From NCBI RefSeq assembly GCF_035084215.1, contig NC_090340.1:15500001-15564000 (forward strand): a DNA stretch of 64,000 nucleotides, given 5' to 3'. Shown here piece after piece: positions 12,989 to 24,510 of this stretch. The stretch comes from Heptranchias perlo (lineage: Eukaryota). How positions within the stretch are numbered: position 1 is the first letter of the stretch; each line of letters begins with the position of its first letter. Below the pieces are notes generated by a model. That model ran no database searches and had not been told where the DNA came from. It was given only the letters and a program-made list of their open reading frames with translations. The position numbers and the translations under genes are program-made.

Positions 12989-13191
12989 TCAGGCACAGAT
13001 AGGGTCCCTGTCTCTCTTACGGTGTTTCTTGACCTTTGGTGCGGTGTCGTTAACTTTTGCTACTCTGTTTGGGTTCCTCGGTGGCGGCTGGGTGTTGCCT
13101 TTTTTTGCTCCCTCTTCTTTTCTTTTGGGCCTTGCTGTTTTTGACTCAGAGCAGCGTACACAAGGCTGCATTTCAACATTGTCTTCAGGGG
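12989..13191 (-). CDS. VJ-C1-TM IgSF receptor, exon 5 (cytoplasmic tail and stop)
   Basis: Acceptor ttcttacag at 13192; phase 1 matches the TM exon; encodes APEDNVEMQPCVRCSESKTARPKRKEEGAKKGNTQPPPRNPNRVAKVNDTAPKVKKHRKRDRDPICA*. It is the only long non-repeat open frame with a good acceptor that I found downstream of the TM exon. Confidence 0.7.
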
Positions 13192-13619
13192 CTGTAAGAA
13201 AAACAGCATGAAATATAAGGGACAAAATGTTCATTAAAAAATATAAGATGCTGGAACATCCCTGATGTTAGTAAATGTATTGCCTGGTGCAGTACTGAAC
13301 CATGTTGACCAGGAAGATCGACGTTGTAATCTTACCAAGGTGCTGGTAGGGCCACTAAAATTGACCTCAGCACCTGTGGCCTAGGAAGTGGGAACGTCAA
13401 GCAAAATTTCCACTCCTGTGATTCCTGCTAGAAAGTGCATGTGTGAACATCAGGATCAGGAGCTGCCTCCCACAGCTTAATAGCTTGGCTGGATTTACAA
13501 ATGAAGAATGGCCATTTGGAAGAAAAAGATGCAAAGATTAGGCCTCCTTGTCGTGATTTCCAGACTACAATACAAAGCTTTAAAGTTTGTGCTTGTTTTG
13601 TCAATTTTCTAAGAAGAAG

Positions 13620-13945
13620 AACTTGCATTTATATTAAACCTTTCACGACATCCCAAAGCACTTTACAGCCAATTAAGTACTTTTTGAAGTGTAGTCACTA
13701 TTGTAATGTAGGAAACAGAGCAGCCAAATTGCCCATAGCAAGGTCCACGAATGAGATGATAACCAGGTAATCTGTTTTAGTGATGTTGGTTGAGGGATAT
13801 ATATTGGCTGTGGGTTCTTTTACGTCCATCTGCAGGGGCAGACAGGACCTTAGTTTAACATCTCATCCAAAAGACGGCGCCTCCGACAGTGCAGCACTCC
13901 CTCAGTACTGCACTGGACTGTCAGCCTAGATTATGTGCTCAAGAC
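13620..13945 (-). mobile_element. tRNA-derived DeuSINE (SacSINE1/AmnSINE1-like); further copies ~20325-20600, 25890-26015, 30260-30460, 37460-37850 (all -)
   Basis: Reverse complement of the Deu-domain 'gcagtactgagggagtgctgcactgtcggagg..ccgtcttttggatgag' with an L2-like tail; same family as 53568-53995. Confidence 0.75.
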
Positions 13946-13958
13946 TCTTTCCTCACTA

Positions 13959-16097
13959 AGAGAGGAAAATTGAGTGTAAATCAGATTTAAAGAGATAGGG
14001 ACAATTAAAGGGCAGTATCACAATAGGCAACAAAAATTCACCATGTAACAGCTGATCAGTCCTATAGCCATAAATTACAGGATCACCCTCTCCAATGAAG
14101 GATAATTGACTCAGGATATGGAATTGAAATAGGGCTGCAGGAGAGATGCTATAATATCGCAATATTATGATACAGCATATTGACAGCTAGAAAATCCAAC
14201 CAATGCTTGTAACCTACAAGCTAAAAATTAGTATGAAAGGCTGTAAAAGGGAGGAACACTTTTATTTTACTACATGTAGCACGATGAATATTTAAATAAC
14301 TTATTATTTAAATATTTATACTATTTGCTTCTAATGCATTTTTTAAGGCATTATTAAAGTTTCTACAATTCCAAATCAAGGATATCGTGGGGTTAAATTT
14401 CTCCTCAGGTTCTCCCACTCGTCTGCTGAAACTTCAGAAGAGCCGCGGAAACCGTAGAAAAACATTGTAAAGGCCATTTTTCCAGGATTTGCATGGTACA
14501 TCCGTGGAAACTACAGCAGGCAAGTAGGAAAACACCGAGAAATCTGCCCCCCCCCCCCCCGCCCCCCAATGGTCTGGAATGTGTTTAACTTGTGTTTTTT
14601 TTTAAACACACCTTTCAATCAGATGGATTAATACTTTATTTATTTTGGTAGTACCTAGTTTAACACTTTAACAATGCACCACCAAAATATAATACAACAT
14701 TAATCCCTCTGACTGTGAATTGCAGGAAAAAAAGTTAAGCACATACCATACTTCCTTTATCCAGCAACTCCCATAACTCCAAAAGGAAGTCCTGAAAGTT
14801 GCAATCAACTCAGGAAAAAAAATTAAATTCAAAAATGACTCGCAAAATCAGAATGTCCTAATTAAATTGGGACAGTTGAGGTATGGGCCAAAGACACATG
14901 GAGCAACTGATATTTTGCGATAGGACTAGATATTTCGTGAAAATTAATTTACAGCTGAAATAATTCAGATGCAATGACTGACAAACATATGGGATCTGGT
15001 TTCCATTTTTACTCAGTTCAAAGAAATGCTCACTTTTGTTTCATAATTTAATAGACCATAAAATACAATTCATACCATGAGAGCAGACAGGTTTCTTTAT
15101 AAACTGAGAAAACTACATTAAGGAACAAGACCCATAGTATAGGATACAATTAAAGTTGGAGAGTAAAAGAGAATACAATGTAATTCAGGAAGTAGTAATT
15201 AGGCGATGCCAAGCTTGGGTTTCAATGCTTGTAGGTTGTAGGAGGAAGGAAAGACTGTGGAGGTAAGGAGCTCCACAGTTTTGAGGTTTTGGGAAGGAAT
15301 GAGTTAGTGTTGGGGACAGAGCGATGAGTCTTCATTTCAAAAAAGTGAGGTTGCAGGGATGACTTATTTGGAACTTAGCAGAAATAAGAGAGGAAAATTC
15401 AATAGATAAATAACCATTGTAAGAATCATTAAAATAAAGACAGATGAAAAAAGGTGCAATGGAGAGAAAGGAGTTGGAGACAAGAAGTGAGAGAAGAATC
15501 ACCCTAAGACAGGACTGTGAGCTTGGCTGTAAGAAAATTATAATTCTATATAATTGAAAACAATTATATAGAATTACATAGAATGTACAGCACAGAAACA
15601 GGCCATTCAGCCAACTGGTCCATGCCAGTGTTTATGCTCCATATAAGCCTCCTCCCTCCCTACTTCATTGACTACTTCAAGAACTGCTGAATGTGGAACA
15701 AGTGTTTGGCATAGAAAAGGAAGCCAAGCTTCTTGAGGGCAACATTTAGTGGTGGAGATGTACGAGTTTCAGTTGAGATAAAGAGAGATAACAAAGATAA
15801 AGAATGCAGTGGTTGAAGGACTAAACATTGAACAAAAAAGATAAGAGGTGACAGTTTTTAGTTTATTTGTAAGCAACTTGAAGAAACTATCTTTGAAGAA
15901 TTGAAAAAAACTGAAATGTTTGTTGCACTCAATGCTCTGTTGTAAACTCATCTGCATAATTATTTATAGGACATGGTGCAGAGTGAGACAGGTGTAGAAA
16001 GGACAGTAATGCTGGGAGAGGAAAATTGAGTGTAAATCAAATTTAAAGGGATAGGGACAATTAAAGGGCAGTGTCACAATAGGCAACAAAAATTCAG
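13959..16097. repeat. ~80-bp direct repeat pair (13959-14040 and 16016-16097)
   Basis: gagaggaaaattgagtgtaaatca.atttaaag.gatagggacaattaaagggcagt.tcacaataggcaacaaaaattca present twice with 3 mismatches. Confidence 0.9.
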
Positions 16098-17569
16098 AAA
16101 GTCTTTGGAGAGCCTCAAAAGCCATCTCAAGCATTGAGCAACCTTTGTCATGGCCGAAGTGATAGGGGATTAATAAATAGACCACAAAAATAAAGGGAAA
16201 GGGAACCCTCGGTGTAGGCGTAAGTCTGAAGACAAGTGGTGGGGAACCAAACGCCCAATTTCCTGTTTGATGGCTGCATAACTAGCGGTGGTGCTGCATG
16301 AGATGCTTGTGAGGTGGTTGCACTCTGTACCACTCCACGGTAATATATCTCCATAGGCCAAAATTGCAACAGGTCTGCAAAGAGGTTCAGCCAAGTTTGA
16401 GATCACAGCTGACTGTTACTATCCCCATGTGTGCCAGTTTAAAGCTACATGGTTGCCGCAGGTGTCCTTGTAGAAGATGGTACAGCTCTGCATCTGCCTC
16501 TCTGTTGGCCCAGACCTTAAGAAGACTGGCTCCCATAATCATTGCCAGGTCTGTGTACCAGGGCCTGCAGAAAGGTTGATGGCAACTTGGTAGTTGCAGC
16601 CAATGTTAAGTCTTGATCACCCTGCCATTCATTCTTTCATGTAGTACTATATAAAGGATGATTTGCCATCCAGTATAACAGTTAGTCGGCTTAGCTGACA
16701 CAGCTTCCTTTGGGAACAGGATCATTCACTGCCAAATCTGCCAAAGTGAAGTAATTTCATCTCTCTGCAGATGTGGGTGTTGGTAGGACAGCACTGCGCA
16801 CCTCTCGGACAGCCTGACCTGCCAGATATCCCTCTACAGATCTATTCCTTTTCTGCCAAACATGTCAGCTCAGAAGAATCCTATTGGAAAACCCACTGGT
16901 GTCAATAAAGGCGTTGGGGGCAAAACAATAATAATTAAGGCAAATGGCACAAAGGCTCATGAAAGCGCAAGTGCCAGCAGAGAGAAAAAAAAAAGGAGTT
17001 TGTCCAAATGGCCCAGGAATTACCTAAAAACATTCAGTGCCCTTTAACTATCTGAAAGGTCCACTCATGGAATGATGTATGCCTGGTTTCCTGGGTATAG
17101 GTTGGACTTGGTGCTCAGCAGGTCTACCAGCTGACTGGAAAGTTAAATGGGGGACTTGTGCACCCCTATTTTAAAATGCTATTAAGCTCCCACCTGCTTC
17201 AGCTGGAACTTCTATCACACACTCTCGACCTGAAAAGAAACTTATGGAGAGCTGATTTTCACCTCATTTAGCTCTCGCTTGCTCCAGTTTTTGGAGTCAC
17301 AGTGAAGATGAAAGTTGGCCCCATTCTATTAAGAAACAAGAGCCAGGACCCATGATTCCCCACACAGAGTTCTTAATGTAGAGAGGGGATGGCCAGTGGT
17401 TTAACCACCCAAGGAGCTGGGAAAATAAGCTGATTCAACTTGGGCTGTTCTTAAGAACTGCCTTGATTGATATTGGCAGACTCCTAGGAGTAGGTAACCA
17501 ATGGGGAATGCAGCATGGAATGGAGAAGAAAATAATTTAAAATGGGGACAAAACGTGACTGGACGATGC

Positions 17570-17920
17570 AGGGATTAGACAGTGCCCTTTGAATTCTGGA
17601 ATCTGAGTTTGAATCAGCCCAGATTTAAGGGATGAAAACCTTCTCTGTCTGTGCCTGTGAGGACGTTACAAGCGATGGGTTTGGGCACTTTCATTTCAGC
17701 TCCTAGTGGTTATGAGGTACCAGAGCACAGACTCTGATAAATAATCATTAACTGACAATCTCACACCAGAATGGGTGGTGTGGGAAATGGAAAAATGTCA
17801 CACTGGTGCAGTGAGACATGCTCTGTAGAGATGGGCACTGAAGCACATCTCTGGGAAGAGCAGAAGGAACTTTACTCTGTGCTATACCTAATCTGTGAGT
17901 TCTTAGTGTCCAGTATGGAT
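17570..17920 (+). mobile_element. LF-SINE-like SINE (degenerate)
   Basis: Same family as 28850-29195 (tRNA-like head, 'cctagtgg', 'gtgctatacct' tail). Confidence 0.5.
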
Positions 17921-18154
17921 GAGTTCCAATTTGCAGCACTAACATCCTTCATCTTGCTCAGCTCAAAAAAAATCACACAAAGCATCATTTAAAAACTGAG
18001 ACAATAGTTTTGATCCTAAAGCCTAGTTATTTCAGATTAATATAATTCATTCACAATATTTTTTCAGCTTGTTATCATTTCTGTATTTGTACAATTGATA
18101 AATATTAAATCTGAAAATCTAACTATCGTTAATGAAATGAGATGACACCCTTAC

Positions 18155-18265
18155 CTTTACATTTACAGAACTTACAACAAAGTACTGGTGCAATAATCAG
18201 GAGCAGTAGAGATAATGCTCCACACAGATAGATCCACCAAGGGAAAGAGGAAATGAAACTTCTGT
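18155..18265 (-). CDS. VJ-C1-TM IgSF receptor, exon 4 (transmembrane)
   Basis: Acceptor tgtgttgcag (18266), donor AAAG|gtaagg; 111 nt, phase 1-1; DRSFISSFPWWIYLCGALSLLLLIIAPVLCCKFCKCK is a ~20-aa hydrophobic segment followed by a basic/Cys stop-transfer. Confidence 0.85.
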
Positions 18266-18422
18266 CTGCAACACACATACAACACAGAAAAATAAAGTCA
18301 TTCACTTTTAGAAGGAAAATGATGGTGTAGCAGGTTAGCACATTCTTTCTGGTGGCTCTAAACAGATGAAATTATGAATTTAAGCTCCTCGCACAAAAAC
18401 GACACACCAACCTTCATGACTC

Positions 18423-19397
18423 TTGATATATATTAATGACTTGGATTTGGGCGTACAGGGCACAATTTCAAAATTTGCTGATGACACAAAACTTGGAAGT
18501 GTAGTGAACAGTGAGGAGGATAGTGATAGACTTCAAGAGGACATAGACATGCTGGTGGAATGGGTGGACAGGTGGCAGATGAAATTTAACTCAGAAAAAT
18601 GTGAGGTGATATATTTTGGTAGGAAGAACGAGGAGAGGCAATATAAATTAAAGGGCACAATCCTAAAAGGGGTACAGGAACAGAGTGATCTGGGGGTATA
18701 TGTACACAAATCGTTGAAGGTGGCAGGACAGGTTGAGAAAGTGGTTAAAAAAGCATACGGGATCCTGGGCTTTATAAATAGAGGCATAGAGTACAAAAGC
18801 AAGGAAGTCATGATGAACTTTTATAAAACATTGATTCGGCCACAACTGGAGTATTGTGTCCAGTTCTGGGCACTGCACTTTAGCAAGGATGTGACTGCCT
18901 TAGAGAGAGTGCAGAAGAGATTTACTAGAATGATTCCAGGGATGAGGGACTTTAGTTACGTTGATAGACTGGAGAAGCTGGGGTTGTTTTCCTTGGAACA
19001 GAGAAGGTTGAGAGGTTTGATAGAGGTATTCAAAATCATGAAGAGTCTAAACAGAGTAGATAGAGAGAAACTGTTCCCATTGGCGGAAGGGTCAAGAGCC
19101 AGAGGACATAGATTTAAGGTGATTGACAAACAAACCAAAGGTGATATGAGGAAAAACTTTTTTACACAGCGAGTGGTTAGGATCTGGAATGCACTGCCCG
19201 AGGGGGTGATGGAGGCAGATTCAATCATAGCCTTCAAAAGGGAACTGGATAAGTACTTGAAAGGAAAAAATCTGCAGGGCTATGGGGATAGGGCAGGGGA
19301 GTGGGACTAGCTGAATTGCTTTTGCATAGAGCCAGCATGGACCGAATGGGCCGAATGCCTCCTTCCATGCTGTAACCTTTCTATGATTCTATGATTC
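18423..19397 (+). mobile_element. CR1 LINE, 5'-truncated, with open RT C-terminal ORF (295 aa)
   Basis: 'IYINDLDLGVQGTISKFADDTKLG...RVVRIWNALP...FKRELDKYL'; tail (ttctatga)n. Confidence 0.95.
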
Positions 19398-20614
19398 ACA
19401 CCCAATATTCCAATTAATGTTCCTGGGACATATAGGTTTGTGCCAGGGGTGCCAAGCTCATACAATTACACCTCATAAGCCTTCTGTGTAATGAATTTGA
19501 GAATCTCAATCCAGTTCCTGGTTGGTGTGGGTCAAAACTGTTCACAATTCAGTCCAAATTAGCAATAAATAGGCTATCTCAATTAGAGAATCCACAGAGT
19601 TGGCTGATGGGAGTGAAAAAATGACTGGAATCATAGAATCACAGAATCATAGAAATTTACGGCACAGAAGGAGGCCATTCGGCCCATTGTGTCTGTGCCG
19701 GCTGAAAAAGAGCTATGCAGCCTAATCCCACTTTGCAGCTCTTGGTCCGTAGCCTTGTAGGTTACAGCACTTCAAGCGCATATCCAAGTGTCATAGATGG
19801 TGCTCTTCTGAAGTTGGAGTTAAGAGTCCTTTATCAGAGTCTTGCATCTTACCCACATCACATTTGACTTGGGAATGTTTGATGCTGGAACAAGGAAAAT
19901 GTTCTTTTCCACAGCACTCACCTTGATTAAGCTCGAAATAAAATTCCCCCTATATATACACATTTTAAAAATATTTAGAAAATAAAGCAGTAATAAAACG
20001 TTGTAAATTGAAACAGTGGTGGGGGGGGGGGGACTTTATCCGTTTGCTACATGTAGCAACAACTTCATAAATGTTTTTGTGAAGATTTTTGCTGCTTTTT
20101 CCAATGAAATTGTAAACACATTGATAAAGAACACAACTACAATTTCACTAGAAATGCTGAACAGAGGAAATCTTTACAAATGCATTCATCACTTGAACTC
20201 TTACTACGATGTGTTTTATCTTGGTTAGCACACATTACAGTAGTCAAATGTTGAACCCTTAACTTTTTAAATGGAAGTCACATGGCTAATTTGGATTATG
20301 TCGTACATTTTTTGCTGCTTAAAGAAAGAACATGCATTTATACAGCACCTTTCACAGCCTTAGGACGTCCCAAAGTGCTTTACAGCCAATTAAGTACTTT
20401 TTGAAGTGTAGTCGCTGTTGTAATATAGGAAGCACAGCAGCCAATTCACACATAGCAAGATCCCACAAATAGCAATGAAATAAATGACCGGATAATCTAT
20501 TTTAGTGAAGTTGGTTGAGGGATAAATTTTGGCCAGGACACTGGGGAAATTCCCCTGATCTTCTTCGAAAAGTGCAGTGGGATTTTTACAGACTAGGGGC
20601 AGACTGGGGTAACA

Positions 20615-20800
20615 TGCACATGTATTTGTGTGTGCGTGTACACGTGTGTGCATATATGTGTATGTTTATACGTGTGTGTATACATGTCTATGTGTACACG
20701 TGTGTATCTGTACATATGTGTACGTGTGCAGGTGTATATGTGTACATAGGTGTATATGTGTGTGTATGTGTGCATGTGGGTGTGTATGTGTTTGTGTGTG
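20615..20800. repeat. Degenerate (TG/TA)n microsatellite
   Basis: Alternating purine-pyrimidine tract, e.g. gtgtgtatgtgtgcatgtgggtgtg. Confidence 0.9.
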
Positions 20801-21200
20801 CCTGGGATGAGATCAGGAGTCGGTTTGGTTGCCATGGTCTCCACATCCTGATCATACATGAAGAATAGGCAATTAAGTGAGGTAGCAGAGGGCTGCCAAC
20901 ACCTGTGCAACATTGCCTCAACAAGAGTCAGTGCACCCAGGAAAGGAGAGAAAGAAGGGGAAAAATTGAGTAAAAGTAAGCTTCAAAAGTAGGGTAAAAT
21001 CATGTTGCTGAGCTCAGCAGCTGCAATTGGTACACAGCACTATCAGCCTAAACCACCACCACCGAGCTCTCAATTCCTGCAAAATCAGCAGCACTGCACT
21101 GCCTGGTTGGCATTATTACAGTGCTACCAAACTTGTCCTACCAAATCCAGTGTAACTGCGGCATACAACGATTTCACGCCAAACAAGGTGTTGTTCCTAC

Positions 21201-21497
21201 CTGCAATGCTGACAGTGTAGTTGACCCTGGTTGGAACCTTGAGGGTAGAGTGAAATACCTCACAGATATAAATAGTCCCACTCTGAACAGGCTGTGTCTC
21301 TTCCAAATAACTGGAAACTTCATATAGTCCCTCGGCATTCTGCTCAGTGAATGTGTCTACTTTAGTCACAACTTCTTGACCATTTTTATGCCAAGCAATG
21401 GTGTACTTAGCAGGGTAGAACCCAGATGTTTTACACAAACACATTCGAGAACCATTTGCAAACAGCGTTGACGAAATCTTCAGAGGATCTGGAGAAG
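21201..21497 (-). CDS. VJ-C1-TM IgSF receptor, exon 3 (C1-set Ig constant domain)
   Basis: Acceptor tttttctatag (21498), donor GCAG|gtagga; 297 nt, phase 1-1. C1 hallmarks: C-KTSGFYP, W in 'IAWHKNG', 'NAEGLYEVSSYL', 'YICEVFHSTL'. Confidence 0.93.
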
Positions 21498-21979
21498 CTA
21501 TAGAAAAATTTTTAAAATAAATAAATTTGTTGATTTCTATGTTAGATACAAATATGGGTTTCATTTACAATATTGCAGTAATGCTTTACCTATTGATATT
21601 TAACTGTTCTACAGTTCAGAGAGACTGCTTGTTGGTGCGATCATGAATTTCTTCAATTTTCAATTAATTTTCAGAGTCTGGATGCCCAAATATAGAACAT
21701 TCTGACTTAAGCAATAAAGAAAGAGCAACTTGGTGTGTTCATACACACTGTCATATAGGACTCATTGGGTGAATGCATTGTTTGTTGGTTCAATCTCTGG
21801 TGTGTGCTGGATTAGCCAATGTCATCTTCGATGGCTACAATTCGGCTCAGCATTCCAAAGATAGGGAGGGAAAAATAAATCAGCCCATGCTTCACATTGC
21901 TCACCACTAGGGCCTATTGGAAGTGTCTGCCTGTAACTGTCCATTCAGGATATCATTGGGCTTAATTGTAATGTTCCCA

Positions 21980-22718
21980 TAGATATTTACGGGGAGGTGG
22001 GGAGGGTGCAGGGGAGCGGGGTAGCACAGGGAAAACTCGGCAAGGCCAGGGATGCAGAAGTCCTGCCGAGTTTAACGGCAGGACCTCATTATAATGTTTT
22101 TCTTCCATTTCCCATCCGGCAGCCGGCCAAATTGACAGGCTGGAGGCCGCAGCCAGGGACCCTTGGGGACGGTCCCCATCAATCGGGAAGGAGGGAGGTA
22201 CAGATCGAGGCTGGTGGGGGGGGGTGGGGGGGGGGAAAGAGAGCGGCAATCGGGATGGAGAGAGCAAGAGAGCGGGGTTGGTGTGGGCGGTGGTCGCTGA
22301 TCGCGGCGGGGGGAGAGGGAGGCCGTGATCGGCAGAGGGGAGGCCGAAGGCTTCCTTGAGGAGCCGTCGGGAGCACTCCTGCTCCCCCTGGCCCACAAGG
22401 AATGTTGTAGGAGGCACTTACCTTGTGGAGCCAACAGCTCCCACCTCCATTTCAGTGCCGGGTTTCCCAAGCTCTGGGAAACCCAACCAGCAACGGTTAC
22501 ATTTAAATCAGGCTCTCAATTGCACTGTGGGAGCCTGATTGAAATATGTTAATGAAGTAGAAGTGGGACACTCGCCCGGCCTGCTACCAGCTGCCATAAA
22601 AATGGCAATCGGCATGTACACAGCAGGTTGCGGACGCGTTACCCGTTTTATTAATTTTTACCCCCTCCCCCCTGCCAACGTTCTCCCATCCTTCGTTAGG
22701 GGGTTAATATCGAGACCT
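21980..22718. mobile_element. GC-rich non-autonomous DNA-transposon-like repeat related to 5544-6505 (weaker relatives ~9150-9870 and ~23950-24880)
   Basis: Shares 'agcactcctgctcc..ctggcccacaag' and G-rich gatcgg tracts with the Harbinger element; ends not resolved. Confidence 0.55.
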
Positions 22719-24104
22719 GTCCAGGCTAATACATTGGACATTTGAGCACTATTACTGGTATACAAATAAGGGAGGGAGAGCTGGATGATAACGGTAAATG
22801 ATGTAATCTACTTGTGTATAACATGACATTTAGCATAGGAACAAGAGTAGGCCATTCAGCTCCTCGAGCCAGCTCCACCAGTCAATTAGATCATGGCTGA
22901 TCTGTACCTCAACTCCATTTATCTGCCTTTGCTCCATATCCCTTGATACCCTTACCTATCAAAAATCTATCAACCTCAGTCTTGAAAGATTCAAGTAGTT
23001 GAGAGCTTCAAATAATTTGAATTAGTTGAGACCTTTTTTCCCAGAATATTTTTAACCAGAATAATAATTGACAATTTCAACATTTGGTGCATGTTGGTGC
23101 AGATAAGGTCACAGTAAAGGACCCAGGACTAGAATCTGCAACACAGAAATAGGACAATCAGCCCAACTGGGTGTATGCCAGTGTTTATACTCTACACTCT
23201 AATGACCTCTTCCCATCATGCCACATATCTCTCTATTCACTTCTTCCATGTATGCACCAAGCCTTTCCTTAAATGTGTCAACGCTACTTGCTTCAACCAC
23301 TGATAGGTGGTACAGATTTTCTGGAACATAGACAATGTCATTGATACCATTTCTCTTTCTCCAAACAGTTGGCAAGGGTTCACAGTCACAGTTGAGAAAT
23401 TAAGCAGAATATTCGGTTCACTCTGTGCATTAACTATTTACTAAATCAGATTTAGCTGTTGGGAGATCATGGGGGAAGAGCATTGCTGGGTGCTCTGAGT
23501 TGCAACATTGTAAATGCATTCATGGTAAGTCTATTCCAAATAAATGCGTTAAGCATTTCTACACTAGTATCCCACAGTATAATTTCACAGCCGACGATTT
23601 CCTTTGATCAGATTTTCTAGTGAAATTGTAAACATACTATTTATAATTTCACTGGAAATACCAACCAGCGGAAATCTTTATGACTCATTTACATGGTGCT
23701 ACACATAAGGACCACAATAATTGCCCGCCCTCCATGTCTTTTAACACTGAGCAGCGTGCAATCTTTAAAGTGGAATTCACACTACTTTTCTGAAGTTTTA
23801 CCGTTTCATTTTAATTTATCTTTCTGCTTTGTATCACTTTGTGACTGGGAGAAGTGCAAACATAATTAAAATACAAAAATTTGAATTCATTTTAATTTTA
23901 CCATTTACACAAAGCTGGGGTAAGTGACCTTAAAGCAAGACAACAGGGGGAATTTTAACTCTCTCCATCCAGCAGAAACTGGGCGGCTCCATTTACTGCT
24001 CCATCCACACCCCTCAGCAGGTTTTACCCAGCTCTTTCTGCCGGTGGCTGAGGTGCACCCTAACTCAGATGGCAGCCTCATTAATGTATCAGTCTACTCT
24101 CAAT

Positions 24105-24510
24105 CATCAGCAAAGTGATGGATGGTATCGTCGACAGTGCTATCGAGCGGCACTTACTCACCAATAACCTGCTCACCGATGCTCAGTTTGGGTTCCGCCA
24201 GGACCACTTGGCTCCAGACCTCATTGCAGCCTTGGTCCAAACATGAACAAAAGAGCTGAATTCCAGAGGTGAGGTGAGATTGACTGCCTTTGACATCTAT
24301 GCAGCATTTGACCAAGTGCGGCACCAAAGAACCCTAATAAAATTGAAGTCAATGGGAATCAGGGGGAAAACTCTCCAGTGGCTGGAGTCATACCTAGAAC
24401 AAAGGAAGATGGTAGTGGTTGTTGGAGGCCAATCATCTCAGCCCCAGGACATTGCTACAGGAGTTCCTCAGGGCAGTGTCCTAGGCCCAACCCATCTTCA
24501 GCTGCTTTAT
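24105..24510 (+). mobile_element. RT fragment of the second CR1/L2-superfamily LINE family
   Basis: 'DAQFGFRQ...AFDIYAAFDQVRH...WLESYLEQRKMVVVV...GVPQGSVLGP'. Confidence 0.85.

Noticed and set aside
14747-14791. 45-nt AG...GT segment as an extra cytoplasmic exon
   Set aside because: In the required phase 1 it hits TAA after about 10 codons, and there is no other support.
18423-19310. 295-aa ORF as a host gene or active retrotransposon
   Set aside because: 5'-truncated CR1 RT C-terminus lacking the endonuclease, ORF1 and promoter.
20515-20924. Several overlapping Cys/Val/His/Thr-rich ORFs
   Set aside because: Artefacts of the (TG/TA)n microsatellite.
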